A stretch of DNA of 64,000 bases, taken from positions 2,046,001-2,110,000 of the forward strand of contig CAVNZM010000015.1 of the NCBI GenBank assembly GCA_963693365.1, given 5' to 3'. The position numbers and the translations under genes are program-made. The notes below the pieces were generated by a model. That model did not search any database and had not been told where the DNA came from. It worked only from the letters and a program-made list of their open reading frames with translations. The DNA comes from Amoebidium appalachense. Lineage: Eukaryota; Protista; Ichthyosporea. The stretch's first letter is position 1. Each line of letters opens with the position of its first letter. Shown piece by piece: positions 1 through 48,425 of this stretch.

Positions 1-1167
1 CTCGGAACTACCGTGGAGTACGAATGGGGCGGTACTAAGGCAAACTTCTCTCGCCGTTTCCTTGCGTTTGACTGTACGCAGACCGACATGCCTGCAATCC
101 GCAAGAAATTCACCAAGAGGTTTAAGGAGCTTGTTGTTCTCACGGACGGGGCGTGCGGGTCGGCGTGTTCCGCTTTCACGTTGCAGATTTTGGCCTCTGG
201 GCACACGACGGTTGTGTCTGTGGGTGGGCGCGTGGGTGAGCCCCTAGACACCGGGTCATTCAACGGGGGGAATTTGGTTTTTGGAACCTGATTTTCGGCC
301 AATACATGAACAATCTTGCCCTTGCCAGCATGGTGCAGGACGAATCACGCATCAGCCTGCAGGAGAGCAATGTGCCCCTGCCACTAACCGATTCAGCAAT
401 TTTATGTATCCTCCTCCCCTCCCTACCCCCCGCAACACACACACACACACTCCCCCCTTCCGTCTTCCTCCCGTCCCTCTCTCTCTCACCCCTCCCCCGG
501 CCCCCCTCCCCCTCCCCCTCCCCCCTTCCCCCCCCCCCCCCCCCCTCCCCCCAATCGGCCACTACCAAAAAGACCTTGTAGAACCTGGCCGCTTGGTGTT
601 GGTCTTTAACCTGCCAATGAAGACTTCTCCCCCCCCCCCCCCCCCCTCTCCCCCCCCCCCCCCCCCTCCCACTCACCCACCCCTCGCCCCCACTCCCCTC
701 AACCCTCCCCCATCCCCCCATCTTATACTTTCTATCTGTTCGATTGTTTCTCCTATTCCTTTGGGATATACCCCCCCCCTCGCCCCCTCTCCCCCCCCCC
801 CCCCCCCTCCCCCCCTCCCCCCCTCCCCCCCCCCCCCCCCCAAAAAAAAAAAAAGAAAAGAAAAAAAGAAAAAAAACCTTACTCACAGCTGTTGCAAGGC
901 CAAAAGACACTGACTGGTGTATGCCCACAGTTTGGACTCAATTTCGCCATCGGTTCATCCAACCTTCTTCCAGCCAACGCTCTGCCGGTGGAGTGGTACA
1001 CCAAGCCGGCCAATGTGCACCTGGACGTGTGGCCCAGCTACATGGCCCTAGACTACAGCATGTGGTCTAAACTTGCCCCGGACCAGTACAAGGAGTGGGG
1101 GCAGCTTTATGCACACCTGGCCGCTAGCAGCATAGGTGACTTGGGTAAATTTCCACAGGCCGCATAG
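1..1167 (+). pseudogene. 3' part (last two exons, 1-401 and 931-1167) of an S41-family peptidase paralog; apparently disabled, 5' part lies outside the window
   Basis: Near-identical to 10087-11074. Keeps LTDGACGSACSAF. It has a 1-nt deletion at ~274-281 (aat-ttggtttt-tggaac vs aat-gttgatctt-tggaac in copy 2), and the donor GTATGT of copy 2 reads TTATGT at 402. Sequencing error is not excluded. Confidence 0.7.
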
Positions 1168-1636
1168 GGGAAGATGAAGCTTTTATAACATTTCCATAAG
1201 CGGAATAGCCCGTTAGAAGAATGAGCAATGAGTGTTTTTGACACTATTTTGGCGAAAGGTGGTTCTAGTAATATCTGTTCAATTAAGGCTTCTATTGTAA
1301 TGTTGCATGTGGGCTAGCTTGGGTTTGTACAACCGGCACCTGGTTCGAAAGTTGGCAGAGAGGAGGTTTTGCTCAAGCGTGCCACCGTCTTCAGCTCCTT
1401 GATAGAAACCGGTTTGTTATGTTGTAATGTTATAGTAAAATGTAAAACAAACATCACGTTTAAGCCACTCTGTGATCGCTTTAAGAGAAGCTATTATTAC
1501 GGTGACACGTGGATTCTGCATCATAGCTGTATGTACAGTTTTCATTGTTGTAGCATTGCGCCAGGTGCGTAACTTTAAAACCAGACATAAAATTTAATGT
1601 CATCACTTCATTTGGCACCGACCATCTTGGGAGCAT

Positions 1637-1669
<33 letters not shown>

Positions 1670-1898
1670 GCCTGGGGTGTGTCACGGTGTTGGCTACTGT
1701 ACGAGCTATAGATAAATCTGCCATTGAAAGACTGAGTCATGACTGAATCCGGATATTATTGATGGGAATCCCGGGTGCAAGCCATACCGTATATTCTGAT
1801 TTACCGCACTCAGTAAAGGTCCTGGACAAATGTTTCAAACATGTGTTTGAATGCGATTGGGATAATGGTAACGGGAGGTCTTTTTGTTCATCACGCGC

Positions 1899-2325
<427 letters not shown>

Positions 2326-2425
2326 GGGGGGGATATGGCGGGTGGTGGGGGGATAAGTTGCCAAGAAGGGCCTGGTGGCCCGGGGGGGGCCGTGTGTTGT
2401 GGGGGCGGAGGGATTGGCCAAAGGG

Positions 2426-2973
2426 AGGACCCAACCACATCGGCAGAGTCAACGTGCAAAAAGCAGAATTATTCTGCAAAAGCGGAATTATTCTGCAAAA
2501 AGCAGAATTATTCTGCAAGAAGCAGAATTATTCTGCAAAAGCAGAATCACCCTGCTTTTAGCAGAATTATTCTGCAAAAGCAGAATCACTCTGCTTTTAG
2601 CAGAAACACTCTGCTTTTAGCAGAATCACTCTGCAAACAGCAGAATCAATCTGCTAAACGCAGAATTATTCGGCTAAAAGCAGAATTATTCTGCTGTCGA
2701 CAGAATTATTCTGCTTTTAGCAGAATTATTCCGCTAAAAGCAGAATCATTCTGCTTTCGACAGCAGAATAATTCTGCTTTTAGCCGAATAATTCTGCGTT
2801 TAGCAGATTGATTCTGCTGTTTGCAGAGTGATTCTGCTTTTAGCAGACTGATTCTGCTTTTGCAGAATAATTCTGCTTTTCGCAGATTGATTCTGCTTTT
2901 TGCAGAATAATTCTGCTTTTTGCAGAATAATTCTGCTCAGAGCAAGTTGACTCAGCTGATGTGGTTGGGCCCT
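2426..2973. mobile_element. Foldback-type non-autonomous element with internal tandem palindromic units
   Basis: Terminal inverted repeats: aggacccaaccacatcggcagagtcaac at 2426 and gttgactcagctgatgtggttgggccct ending 2973. The interior is about two dozen ~19-21 bp units built on GCAGAAT-N-ATTCTGC. 2613-2700 is a near-perfect inverted copy of 2757-2845. No TSD identified. Confidence 0.7.
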
Positions 2974-3281
2974 ACAGGTAGGTGGGGGGGGGGGGGGGGG
3001 GGGGGGGGGAGAGGGCTGAGGAAGGGGGGGGGGGGGGGGGGGGGGGGAAGGGATGCCGAAAGTGCCACCCGCCGGGAGCAAATACCGTACGGTAGCGGCT
3101 GCTGAGGCTCTGCCACGGCCTGAGTTTCCGGCCCGTTAACGTTGTGGGCCGCGGCCCTAGTGATCATTAGCTAGCTACAAAACGGGGGGGAGGAGGGTCC
3201 TGCAGGCTGCCGAGTCTGGACCAGGGCCGGCCGTGGCGTGACATGTATATACGCATCGAAATCTAAACCTCCCCCCTCCCT

Positions 3282-3320
<39 letters not shown>

Positions 3321-4713
3321 CCCCCCGCCCCCTCCAATCTGGGCCCATCAGTGCCACCATGACCACGCGGCCACTCCGATGGCCATCACGGTACCGGTGC
3401 ACCCGTATCATTCCTAAAGTACTGCGATCGGAGTACTCATGGCCGCTAAGTACTCCGATCTGAGTACATTTCGGATGCATCAGTGGCTGTCCTGGTATGA
3501 TACGTGACGGCCAGCCATCATGCCTCCTCATGCCATCCTCATGCACGTGTACAGGGGAAAATGAAATCCCGAGGGCTCTGCAGATCATGCAGGCTGAACT
3601 TCCGTACAACAACAACGTACAATTGCACTTAAGCCCTAAACGCACAAGTTTCTTGATTCTCAGCGGTAAGCAAGGAAAAAGGCTTTGTGCACTTCGCAGA
3701 TAGTAATTCGAGGTGCCCTTTTTTGTTTGTGTTTTCATATTCTTTGTTTTTTCTGAAAGTTTGTTCCTTCATTTCCTTTTCATGATCAAGAGACCAACGC
3801 AACTAGATCGGTGTACGTGCACGGTGCGTTCCAATGTGATGACGTCACGTCTAAACACCATTAATTAAGTTATAAACAGTGCCTTTATTAGGCTAGCAGG
3901 AATCTTTTATGATTGGTTGTAGATCTTTGGCATTTATTTATGGAGCTTTCCACCAATCGCGCTTGTCGCCGAGCTACTCGATAATTCCACAGCAAACGAG
4001 TATTGACTTGATTTGAGTTTGTGTGAGAATACAGAGATTACTTATTTATTTAACCAAAAAGGGGGCAGAAATCCAGAAGATCAATAGTTGGAGCATTATT
4101 TCTTTTGGTTGAGGGTAAACTCCAACACTCATTCTTTGCTCTGTTCCTGGTGCTTTTCTGCTGTCGAAAAAAGTCTTCATTCAAAATTGAGTAACCGACC
4201 ATAAATTCCTTCTGAATGGGGCATGAGCCAATCGTTCATGGTACCGGTGTCGGAATTCACACAGCGCCAAGCAAAACGAAACTTACAAAAGGGCCCCCAT
4301 ACAAAGTTTGTCCCACACATCCGTCAGTCCGTGCAGCTGCAGCGTGTAGCTTGTCAGGTTGCACACCTTCAAGACTGCACTTCAGTACTCGTTCAATAAT
4401 ATATCTCCTGCTTACCGTTTCCTACATCGGCGAACAATTAGAGTTGTATATAGTTTCCAGCTTCATCAATAGAGGAGCGTTGCATCTTTTTTTTCTTTCT
4501 ACATTCGAGTCACAGCAATTCACGAACTGCGCATGCGAAATTTATGTTGGTATTGACACAGTTAGTAATGCCAACTACACATATGCATAGCTAGCTATAC
4601 ATATTACACGCACAGTGTTGCCCGGTCCTTTCCACCTTTAGCCTTTTCGACGTTGGATTTGGCACACATTAGATAAAAACCTTGGCAGGAAAGAATAGCA
4701 ACAAGTTACGGGG

Positions 4714-11074
<6,361 letters not shown>

Positions 11075-11395
11075 AGCGGCACAATGCTAAGTTAGTAGGG
11101 TGGTGGTGCGAGAGAGGATCATTTCTCAAACAGGCAGGCATATGTGTATGAGGCTCGGATTCTTTTTTTTGCAGCGTAGTGCGCAGTCGAATGTATGTAA
11201 GATGTAGGTCGGGATACTAGTTAAACATGTACTACATGATGTCGTGTTGAATTGAAGAGGAAGAAAAATTATAATCGTAAAACTTTTTATAAATAAAAAG
11301 TCTGTGTCGAACAAGTTCTCTGCCGCGGTGATGCAGCCCCCCCCACCCCCAAACCCCCCTCCCCCCTCCCTTTCTTTTCTTCTCTTCTTCTCTCT

Positions 11396-11426
<31 letters not shown>

Positions 11427-13600
11427 TTTTCCCCTGGGCCGGAGAACCATGCAACGGTCCATAGGGTCTGGTTCTACAAGGTTTGCTCGTATTGGCGGCA
11501 GCGGGGAAGGGGCGGGGTGGAGTAGTTCAAGAGCCTAATTAGGCCTCTCTTCTTCTTTATTGTTTATTTCTTTCTTATCGAGTTATTATTTAGTTATTAT
11601 TATTATCAGTTTTTTTTTTGGGGGGGTGGGGGGGGGGGGTGGGTGGGGGGGGGGGGGGGGGGAATGGCGAGAGTCAAATATCGAACGACATAGCTTGTGC
11701 ATCTACAAAAGCGGGTTGTAATTATGGACAGGGTACCGAGCAGCCATAAAGGTGCAGCATGTATGTACGTGTGTGTGTGTGTGTTTGGGTGTGTGCCACG
11801 TGTGTGTGTGTGTGTGTGTGGAGGGATGGGTGTATGTGTGCACATGTGGGGAAGGAGGTGTGTGTGTGGGGGGGGGGGGGGGGGGGGAGGGGAAGGTGGA
11901 GGTATGATAGGTTAAAGCTTCTCAGAATTAGGGGATGAATGGAGGAGAGATTAGCAAGTGATAGAGAGCAAAATGCAACATAACCACTCTCTATTAGCTC
12001 CAGCCAACATGTCCATGTGTTAATGAAGTGAAAACACCCACAACCACACATGTTCCCCCACCTCCCACCGGTACACCAAAAAGGTTTAACCCCTCCCCCC
12101 CTCCCCCTCCTTCCCCTCCTCCTTCCCCGCCTCTTCCCGCACCACCACAACCACAGACACAAACGTGATCGTACACAGAGACGTGCACCATACGCCGTCT
12201 CAAACACTCGAGATACGAGAACCCGCGCGCCCCTTTGTACAGCATAAAAAAGTCGAAGAAACGCGACAATTGCGTATCCATGAAAGGCTATAATATAGCG
12301 GGTGCCAATCGCCTGTGTTTATGGTGTACGTGCATGTGTATGTGTGTGCACATGCCGGCAGGCCGACTCGTGCACGTGTGTGCCTTGCCACTTGCCTACA
12401 TACGTGCTGAATATTGTATATGCACATAGTTGCACATGTTCATGTGTGCGTGGTTTCAGTGGCTGACAGTTGTTCCCTGCATGTCTGGATATGTCCGCCT
12501 GTCACAATGCTTTTGTGTGTGCCTGCTTCAAGATTTTCCAAGAAACCGATGTGAATGTTTCAGCACAGACATGGGTGCTCTGGCCATGGGCTCATCACGT
12601 GCACATGTTCCTTGGGCGTTCAATGTCATTCTGCCTCGATTGGAGAACAGTTCAAGCCAGTGGGACCCAGAAAATAAAGAATTAAAAACAGCACAACAAG
12701 TTCAAGCTCTATGATCATCCGCATGGCCCCCTTTCAATAAGTCGTTATGGGAACAATCTTCAGACTGAAAGAAGGCGCCTCAAAAGTTGAGTCAGAACTC
12801 AAAAAGGAAAGCAATAAGGCGATCTGATTGGCTGAGCCATCACCACTCTCTATTCCACCAATCAAATGCGAGCATGTGTGAACAATCGAAAGGGTGCACG
12901 TGTATGTACTTGGGTGTGTCACGGACTCATGGTGTGTGGCAGAGAGAAGGAATTAGTTTCATATTACGGTAAAAGCGATCACCTACAACAGAAGCATTAG
13001 CAATTTTGATAACTCCTTTTTAAGTGTGACGGGCAGGGTTGAGAGATGCAAAGGTGCGGAGAGGAGGCATAGAATAATAGACAACATAACGCACACGTGC
13101 AAGTTTTTCGCCCCGCCTTAGACCTGGCAAAAATCACAGCATCCTTGCAGCTATCCACAGTTCAGGACCGATATTGTCAGGTTTTTCCAGGTAATAGTGC
13201 GGCGCATCTGAGAATCGCTTGCATGCACTCAGGGTGTGATCATACAGCGGATAGGAAACATCGCTTTCTGGAGGACTCCACCCACCAGAGAAGAGTAGGT
13301 TTCCGGTGTGTGTGTGCTTATGAGGAATCCTCTGCCTGGCGGATCGTTTGTCGTGTGCTCGACGGTTGAGTGAAGTGCCCACACAGACACCTAGACACTA
13401 GGGTTCCTCAATGGATTCTTCACAGCTTTCATTGGGAGGTTCATCGTGTCGTTGCATTATCAGCTGAGTGTGCAAAGAACGGAGGGAGGGTAGCCCATCT
13501 CTTTCACTTTCGTTTTTATTGCAAGGCCATTTCACTTCATAGTGCATCAGGTGGTTGTTACTCATCTATGGTTCTTGGGTGGCCTGCAGTGGCAGCAAAA

Positions 13601-26907
<13,307 letters not shown>

Positions 26908-27615
26908 GGAATAGAGATTCCGTGCACACTCTTTGTATTGAATGTGGGAAATTGCTGAGAAAAATTTGCAAACTTTCAGCTAAATTTCAGTTTTAGACTG
27001 GGTTTATATTCTCACTGTCGTCACCCCGGAATCCGCTTTTTGGTTTTTGTTTTTTGCTTCCATGGTGCATTTGATTCAATAGGATTGATTCGTGCGCATA
27101 TGGATGTGAATATTAAGTTTGTATCAGCTAGGATATGTCTGAAACAGCATCACGGTGTAGCTGTGTAGTAGTTTGAACATGTTTGGGTGTGTTAGTGTGA
27201 TGACTTGGCGACTGTTTGTTCTCCGCGTGTTCTTTTTCACTCTTTGCATGGGTTTTGGACATTGCCTGGGTGTTTGTCTATTCAATAATGTTGGGTACTG
27301 TGTGTTATTCTTTCAAGATCGTCTTCCAACTGTATAAGACAGTCTAGTATCTGGACAAAAGGAAATAAAAAACACCCCTGCAAATGTGCTGGTCACATAC
27401 GAATCAAGCAGTAAACGTGTCAAATGTCTATGATTAGCCCACCCGTGATGCATGACCCCCCCCCCCCCCCCCACAATCTTTCCCCCCCCCACGTCACCTA
27501 CACCCACACCCGGACACACATGCGCGCGTACGCACGGCCCCCCGCGCGCTACACAACCATACACAGGCACACACACAACAGTTACATTTAGAGCGACCAA
27601 CAAAAGGATTAACTG

Positions 27616-27910
27616 GTGTCTAGCCTACTGGACGTGCCTTTTCCAGTGCGCGTGCCACGGTGTTGCCATGTACATGTGTATGGTGAACACTGCATTGTGC
27701 ACGTGTGTGTACACGTATCATCGGAACGAATCTTAATCAAAAATACAAAATATGTTTTCTCAAAAATCAGGCTAGAACTACCGGTGTCATTTAAATTAAT
27801 TATGGTTTCCTGATTTTTGAGAAAACCTAAAACATATTTTGAATTTTTTATTATGACTCGTTCATACGTGTACACACACGTGCATAATGCGCGTCCAGTA
27901 GGCTAGACAC
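27616..27910. mobile_element. ~295-bp hairpin MITE
   Basis: Perfect 19-bp TIR gtgtctagcctactggacg / cgtccagtaggctagacac. Nested inverted blocks: cacgtgtgtgtacacgtat / atacgtgtacacacacgtg and ttttctcaaaaatcagg / cctgatttttgagaaaa. Confidence 0.75.
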
Positions 27911-28010
27911 GGACACAGTAACAGGCTAACTAACAGCTTACACATGTGGAAGGTTATGCCCGGGGGTTGGAAGAAAGATCGCGCCTATTATGCTCAAGGG
28001 AAAGAAGGCC

Positions 28011-28027
28011 AAAAAAAAAAAAAAAAA
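28011..28027 (-). terminator. Oligo-T RNA polymerase III terminator of tRNA-Met
   Basis: A-run on plus (T-run on minus) starting 3 nt after the discriminator base. Confidence 0.7.
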
Positions 28028-28030
28028 GGA

Positions 28031-28103
28031 TGCCCTGGGTGAGGATCGAACTCACGACCTTAGGATTATGAGACCTACGCGCTACCTACTACGCTACCAG
28101 GAC
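28031..28103 (-). tRNA. tRNA-Met (CAT), elongator type
   Basis: Minus strand GTCCTGGTAGCGTAGTAGGTAGCGCGTAGGTCTCATAATCCTAAGGTCGTGAGTTCGATCCTCACCCAGGGCA: 73 nt, 7-bp acceptor stem, anticodon loop CTCATAA, TTCGA T-loop, no intron. Confidence 0.95.
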
Positions 28104-28187
28104 CTTGCTATTGGCGGCATCTACACGGAATATGACCCTAAAGTGTCAAAAGATGGTTTTCTGTTGTGTACATGTACATGCATACGG

Positions 28188-28375
<188 letters not shown>

Positions 28376-28972
28376 GTTTCTGCAGCATTGTGTTTTGCAA
28401 AGCCCAACTAAGCTAAAAGGTGCCCTGCCAACATTAGTCAGATCAAACTATCAAAGGTTTAAATATGAGCACTTGCAGCCGACCATTTGCAGAAGTCCAA
28501 GCCCGGAAGCAATAATGGGCCAAAGCCAGGAAACAATAATAGGCCGACGTGAGAACGTGCACACAAACGTTTTTCGTGTCCATACAACGTGGCAAAGAAT
28601 TCGAATCACGCTTGCAAATAATTCTGCATTTTATTGGTGGTGAAGTATACGTATCGGCTTCTTCCCACTATCACAGGTCTGGTAACAAAATAGGTGGGTC
28701 ATAAATCACATGAAGCTGATATGATATTAACACCCGTTATGCAGACCGCACACTATCAAAATCAGTATACGTATGCACATATATCTACATGCATCGGGTT
28801 TTAAGTATCGGATTCATCAAATCATGTAAACAACAGTTCCCGAGAAATTTAATTTCATCCCAAAACAAAAAACCACCGTTTGTGAAACAGCACTGCTGAT
28901 GCGTTCCTTCCAACCCCCCTCCCCCCCCCCCCCCCCCCCCCGGCCCACACACACACACACAGCACACACATT

Positions 28973-29040
<68 letters not shown>

Positions 29041-29320
29041 ACACACACACACAATCACACACAGAAGCACACGCACGCACACACACAAACCACTCATCCT
29101 TGTTCCTAGCCGTCCCCGGTGGCACAATATAGCAACATACTAGTGTTGATAGAACCCAACAAAACATTCTACTGTTGTTTGTATTGATGATCCACCGTTA
29201 AACAAAAGTCTTATCCCAAAACACCCAGCTTTCATTCATGCACGTATATTTTTTTCACCACTAGCGTAGACTTAACCGGAGAAATTGATGCTTCCGGCAT
29301 CAGGCCATCATGCAGGGGCC

Positions 29321-44051
<14,731 letters not shown>

Positions 44052-45087
44052 CTACCCAGTAGCCCATGCCTCCCTATTACGCAAAAGAACCAACAGTACA
44101 TACACATGTCTACACCAACACCATCCCAAACACAGTTCTCATCTCCTTACATTCCTTCTCTTCCACCTAACCACATGGGTTTCTCTCTCCTCCACCCCTC
44201 TCCCCCTCTCCTTTTTGCCCCCTTCCCAACCTGCCCCCCTCCCCCTCCCCCGCTTCCCCCCCCCCCCCCCCGTCCCACCCCCCAACCCCCCCCCCCCCCC
44301 CCCCCAACCCACCCACCACCACCCCACCCCCCCCCCCCCCCCCCCCCTTTCCCCACCCCCCCCCCCTCCCCTCCCCCCCCCCCCTCCCCCCCCTTCCAGG
44401 TGTTTCCCCACCACCTGCCTCAGCACCACGCCAAACCACACACCAAAGCCATTGATACAATTCCCTCCTCTGCACTTCCCCCCCCCCCCCCTCCCACCCC
44501 CCTAGGTGCAGTGCATGTTACGGTCACTACGGACGACTGTGAATATATGCATGTGAAGAAAAGCGCTATGGTGAAAGCAGGGCTACGCACCAACTACCAT
44601 CGGAGGAAACCCAGTCCGGCCCCTGGCCCGACCGATCTGTCGGCGTCTCCTCTTCCCTTTCAATTGTCAATGCAAACCCCTACTAGCCAAGGGCCTCGTT
44701 AGTAACTCGTGCTAAAACAAGTCGATTCAAACTTCATGTACACATGGCCAAGGGCTTACTTAAGGCTCGTGTGTGTGTGTGTGTGTGTGTGTTTGGGGGG
44801 GGGGGGGGAGGGGGGGGGGGGGGGGGGGGTGTTATGCATTCGGGGTAACAACCGTGGAAGTAATCCATTGCAAACCGAAAAACACAAAAAAAATAAAGAA
44901 GAAAGCGTGCAGGGAGAGGGGGACAGCAATCAGATGCATGATCCTTCGACCAGGCACTGATGTTCTTTCGTCGCTTTAGCTCCTTCCCATTGGTGCAAGC
45001 TAGATTACCCCCCATCCCCCTCTACACCACACCACCACTACAACCACCACCACAAAAACACAACACACCACACACACACGCACACGT

Positions 45088-45228
<141 letters not shown>

Positions 45229-46558
45229 CACACGTACACAGGCGCGCACGCACACACACACACAAACAGACACACACACAAGAGCATACACGTACACGCT
45301 CTCACAGACACATACATATATACACCAAAAAAGTTTCGCCCTGCGCGCCCCCGCCCTTCAAGAACAACCTAATCTTGCCGAATTGTTTCCTATCTCCTTC
45401 ACCCCCTTCCCTCTGATCACTGGACTGTAAGCAATGTTTTCTACTACGTACTAATTTGTAGCCAGACACCCCGTATACTACGTCCCCCCGTACAATGCTT
45501 CTTTCCATCACAGAACCATCAAAATGAAAAAGTTGATGACATAAACACTTGTGCATCCGACATTCCTCGTCCATCACCCGTCAAACTTTCTTACTGCTCG
45601 ATCACTCTGCGGTGCTAAACTGCAACCCACCTTCGCTCGCTCGACTCAATAATCCTTTTGGTAGACGTCCTAACGCTGCACAGCTTACACTTCACGACGT
45701 TATCCTGGTGAACTGGCCACAGGTGTTGGCAATTGATGGCTTTCGGAAAAGAACAAAAAACTGCTCGCGGAATAGAAGCTATTGGGGTAGGTTTGTGCTG
45801 TGTCTAGTAAAGATTCAGCGACGTAACTAGCACCTAGCACCTTGCACTTATTCTCTCTCTTTCGCTCCTATCACCACTTTCCCTTTTAAGCCCCTTATGT
45901 AACAAACCTTTCCTTTCCGCCCTAGCTCAGCCTACCCCTCACTTCACTATCACCTCTGCGCGGGCTCTCGCGGCCTCTCCACTGTGTGTGATGACTCAGC
46001 TCTTGTGAGCCACATAAAACATGTCTAAAGCTGAGACCTTATCCCGGTTATATAGCTCAAACAATCGCATATGTACTACCCTTGATGACGTAACAATAGA
46101 CAGACTAGAGAGCATCGGTGTGCTTTTTTGCCCTCCTTTTTTGCCGCACCTAAAACTGGAAAAAATACCTACGTCATTGAAGTTGTCCGTAAGAAGTGAG
46201 TGGGTGTGAGGCCCATTTCGTAGAATGTAACACCTTTGCTCCTTATAAACTACTGATATATAATCTGTACGTATAAAATGTATGCCCATGTTTTTATTTT
46301 TAACAATCCTCACACCATGTCAGACTGATTGAAGATTGCAACATGTGTATCGAGTCGCCAGTATGCATCAGTCATTTACTATTAGCCCCCCCCCACCTAG
46401 GACCTTCCACAGTAGGTTTCAGCTTGCATGTGCCAGCTGAGGGAAGACGGCCCTTTCATGCACCGTCCAAGTACATCGTCACATAGCGTTTTGGGCATGG
46501 TTTCTGCCTTCCCGTATGTGCCAGATCCCTCGTAATCTGGGCTGCCTACCTCTACTCT

Positions 46559-46651
46559 GCTTATGCAGTGAGCACATTGTATGCTTTATGCAGTGAGCAC
46601 ATTATATGCTTTATGCAGCAAGCACATTATATGCTTTATGCAGCAAGCACA
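46559..46651. repeat. 25-bp tandem repeat, ~4 copies
   Basis: Unit ctttatgcag(tg/ca)agcacatt(a/g)tatg. Confidence 0.85.
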
Positions 46652-47233
46652 CTGGGGCTGATCTAGAACACAGACCATAAACGAGATGCATGTTGAGGGA
46701 GCTGCGACTCTTGTATGACCTCTTCACGGTGGGATACCGAGAGTATGCATCACAGCATGTATCAAAACCAGAAAACATAGAGTTCCTTGGCGATTTATCT
46801 CATATTTTCAGGCTGCGCTTACCCATGGTGTACGTATTTTTATCTATTTGTGGGTGAATGTGTTATGATGCAAAATTTTCGCAGTTTGAGTGCACAAGGG
46901 CACACTGGCCAGCTCTGAGCTATTACAACCATGTAGACAGTTGCATCTGTGATTGCCGTTGTTATCTGTTTCTGACCTCCTACCTTTAAAGGTAGCTCAT
47001 GTTTTTCAAGGCTACTAATCAATCCATCCGCGGCCGACTGATCTCGTGCCAACTCATATCTTTGAAAACGCCAGAGTAGACTTGGTCATGCAGCGGATGA
47101 GGCCATGGTCGCACGTGGCAGTCTTCTGCGCAACTTCCTAAGCTTGAAAATGAGTGTATAGAAATGGCTGTGTATTTCACCGTCTCAACGATACACGGGT
47201 GTTATTTGGCAGAGCCAGACCCCCGCCAGCGTG

Positions 47234-47489
47234 ATGGTGGAGGCCGTGCTGCCGGGCTCCCCACCCACCCGTCATGTATATGATATGGACTGGTTTGCCC
47301 TTATCCTCCTCTCGAGGCTCCGGCTGACCTGGCGGGGCATGGCACATGTGGTCCACTTTGACCCCACAGGTGTTGTGCAGCTGGACCACGGCTGCGCGCG
47401 CAGGCTCAGCCTGGGCCCCGAGCTAGTGCTGCTGATGGATAACACCATGGTGCACGTGGGTTCCCCTCCCCCCCCCCCCCCCCCCTCCC

Positions 47490-47520
<31 letters not shown>

Positions 47521-48165
47521 AAAAAAAAAAAAAAAGACACAAAGGCCACACACATGCTACACCGAGTCTCACACCGGTCCCACAGCAAAACGACCTGGTG
47601 CGTGCCTCCGAGCTAATATACAACTACGGCTTCAAGTATGCACCCCAGGACTGCCCCGTGCGCCGGCTGGCCATTGGCGAGCGCGTGATTTACCGCAACG
47701 GCAACTGCCAAGACCTCCGCGTTGAAAATCTGCTGCTGGTTCCCCAGCGCAGTGCCTCCCGCTTCGACGACTACGAGGTCTGGCTCCAGGCATACGGCAG
47801 CAACGAGACCCTCCCCCGGGGGGCCCGTGTCGGCGACACACACCTACACATACGATTTGCTGGGCCTTGGCAAACCGGTGGCCCTGTATACCTTCCAAAC
47901 CTGCTGCATTGAGCACTGCCCCGCCGAGATGAGGGAGCTGCTCTCCGCAACACTATGTGCCATCGAGGGGCACGTGCCCGCCCTTTTGCATGCACTCCTC
48001 TGCTTCTTTAGCAGGGGCACACCCATGTGGCTTGACATGGCTTGCAACAACCCGCCCGCACAGGCAAGTGGGGGCGAGGCTGAAAAAACGGTGGCGGAGA
48101 AGATCACAGAAGCTGCCCGAAAAGCAGCATTCAAACAGGCTAAGGAGGACTTGCCAAAAGTTTAA
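47234..48165 (+). CDS. ZMYND19-like protein with HNH-like motif and degenerate Cys-rich C-terminus; start uncertain, one apparent frameshift
   Basis: Exon to 47449 (or 47455), intron to cacag at 47585, then exon 47586-48165. ELIYNYGF...ERVIYRNGNCQDLRVENLLLVP resembles, from memory, ZMYND19 [20 protein letters not shown]. Removing one base from the C5/G6 run at 47813-47823 joins ORFs 47598 and 47722. Confidence 0.55.
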
Positions 48166-48334
48166 CCTTGCCAGCGTTGTATATGCAGGCGCTGGGCAGT
48201 GCTAAATAAACACAAAGAATGCACCAGAGGCACTTTAAAAAAATTTGACTACTGGTGTCTTGACTGTGCACTCTCTCTCTCTCTCTCTCTCCCCCTCCCT
48301 CCCCCCCCCTCCCTCCCTCCCTCCCTCCCTCCCT

Positions 48335-48425
<91 letters not shown>

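Noticed and set aside
12400-13500. Extra gene or snoRNA between the peptidase and RRP9
   Set aside because: Only short ORFs without motifs, and no convincing C/D or H/ACA architecture seen.
28031-28103. Initiator tRNA-Met
   Set aside because: It has G1-C72 and a TTCG T-loop rather than the A1-U72 pair and ATCG T-loop of eukaryotic initiators.
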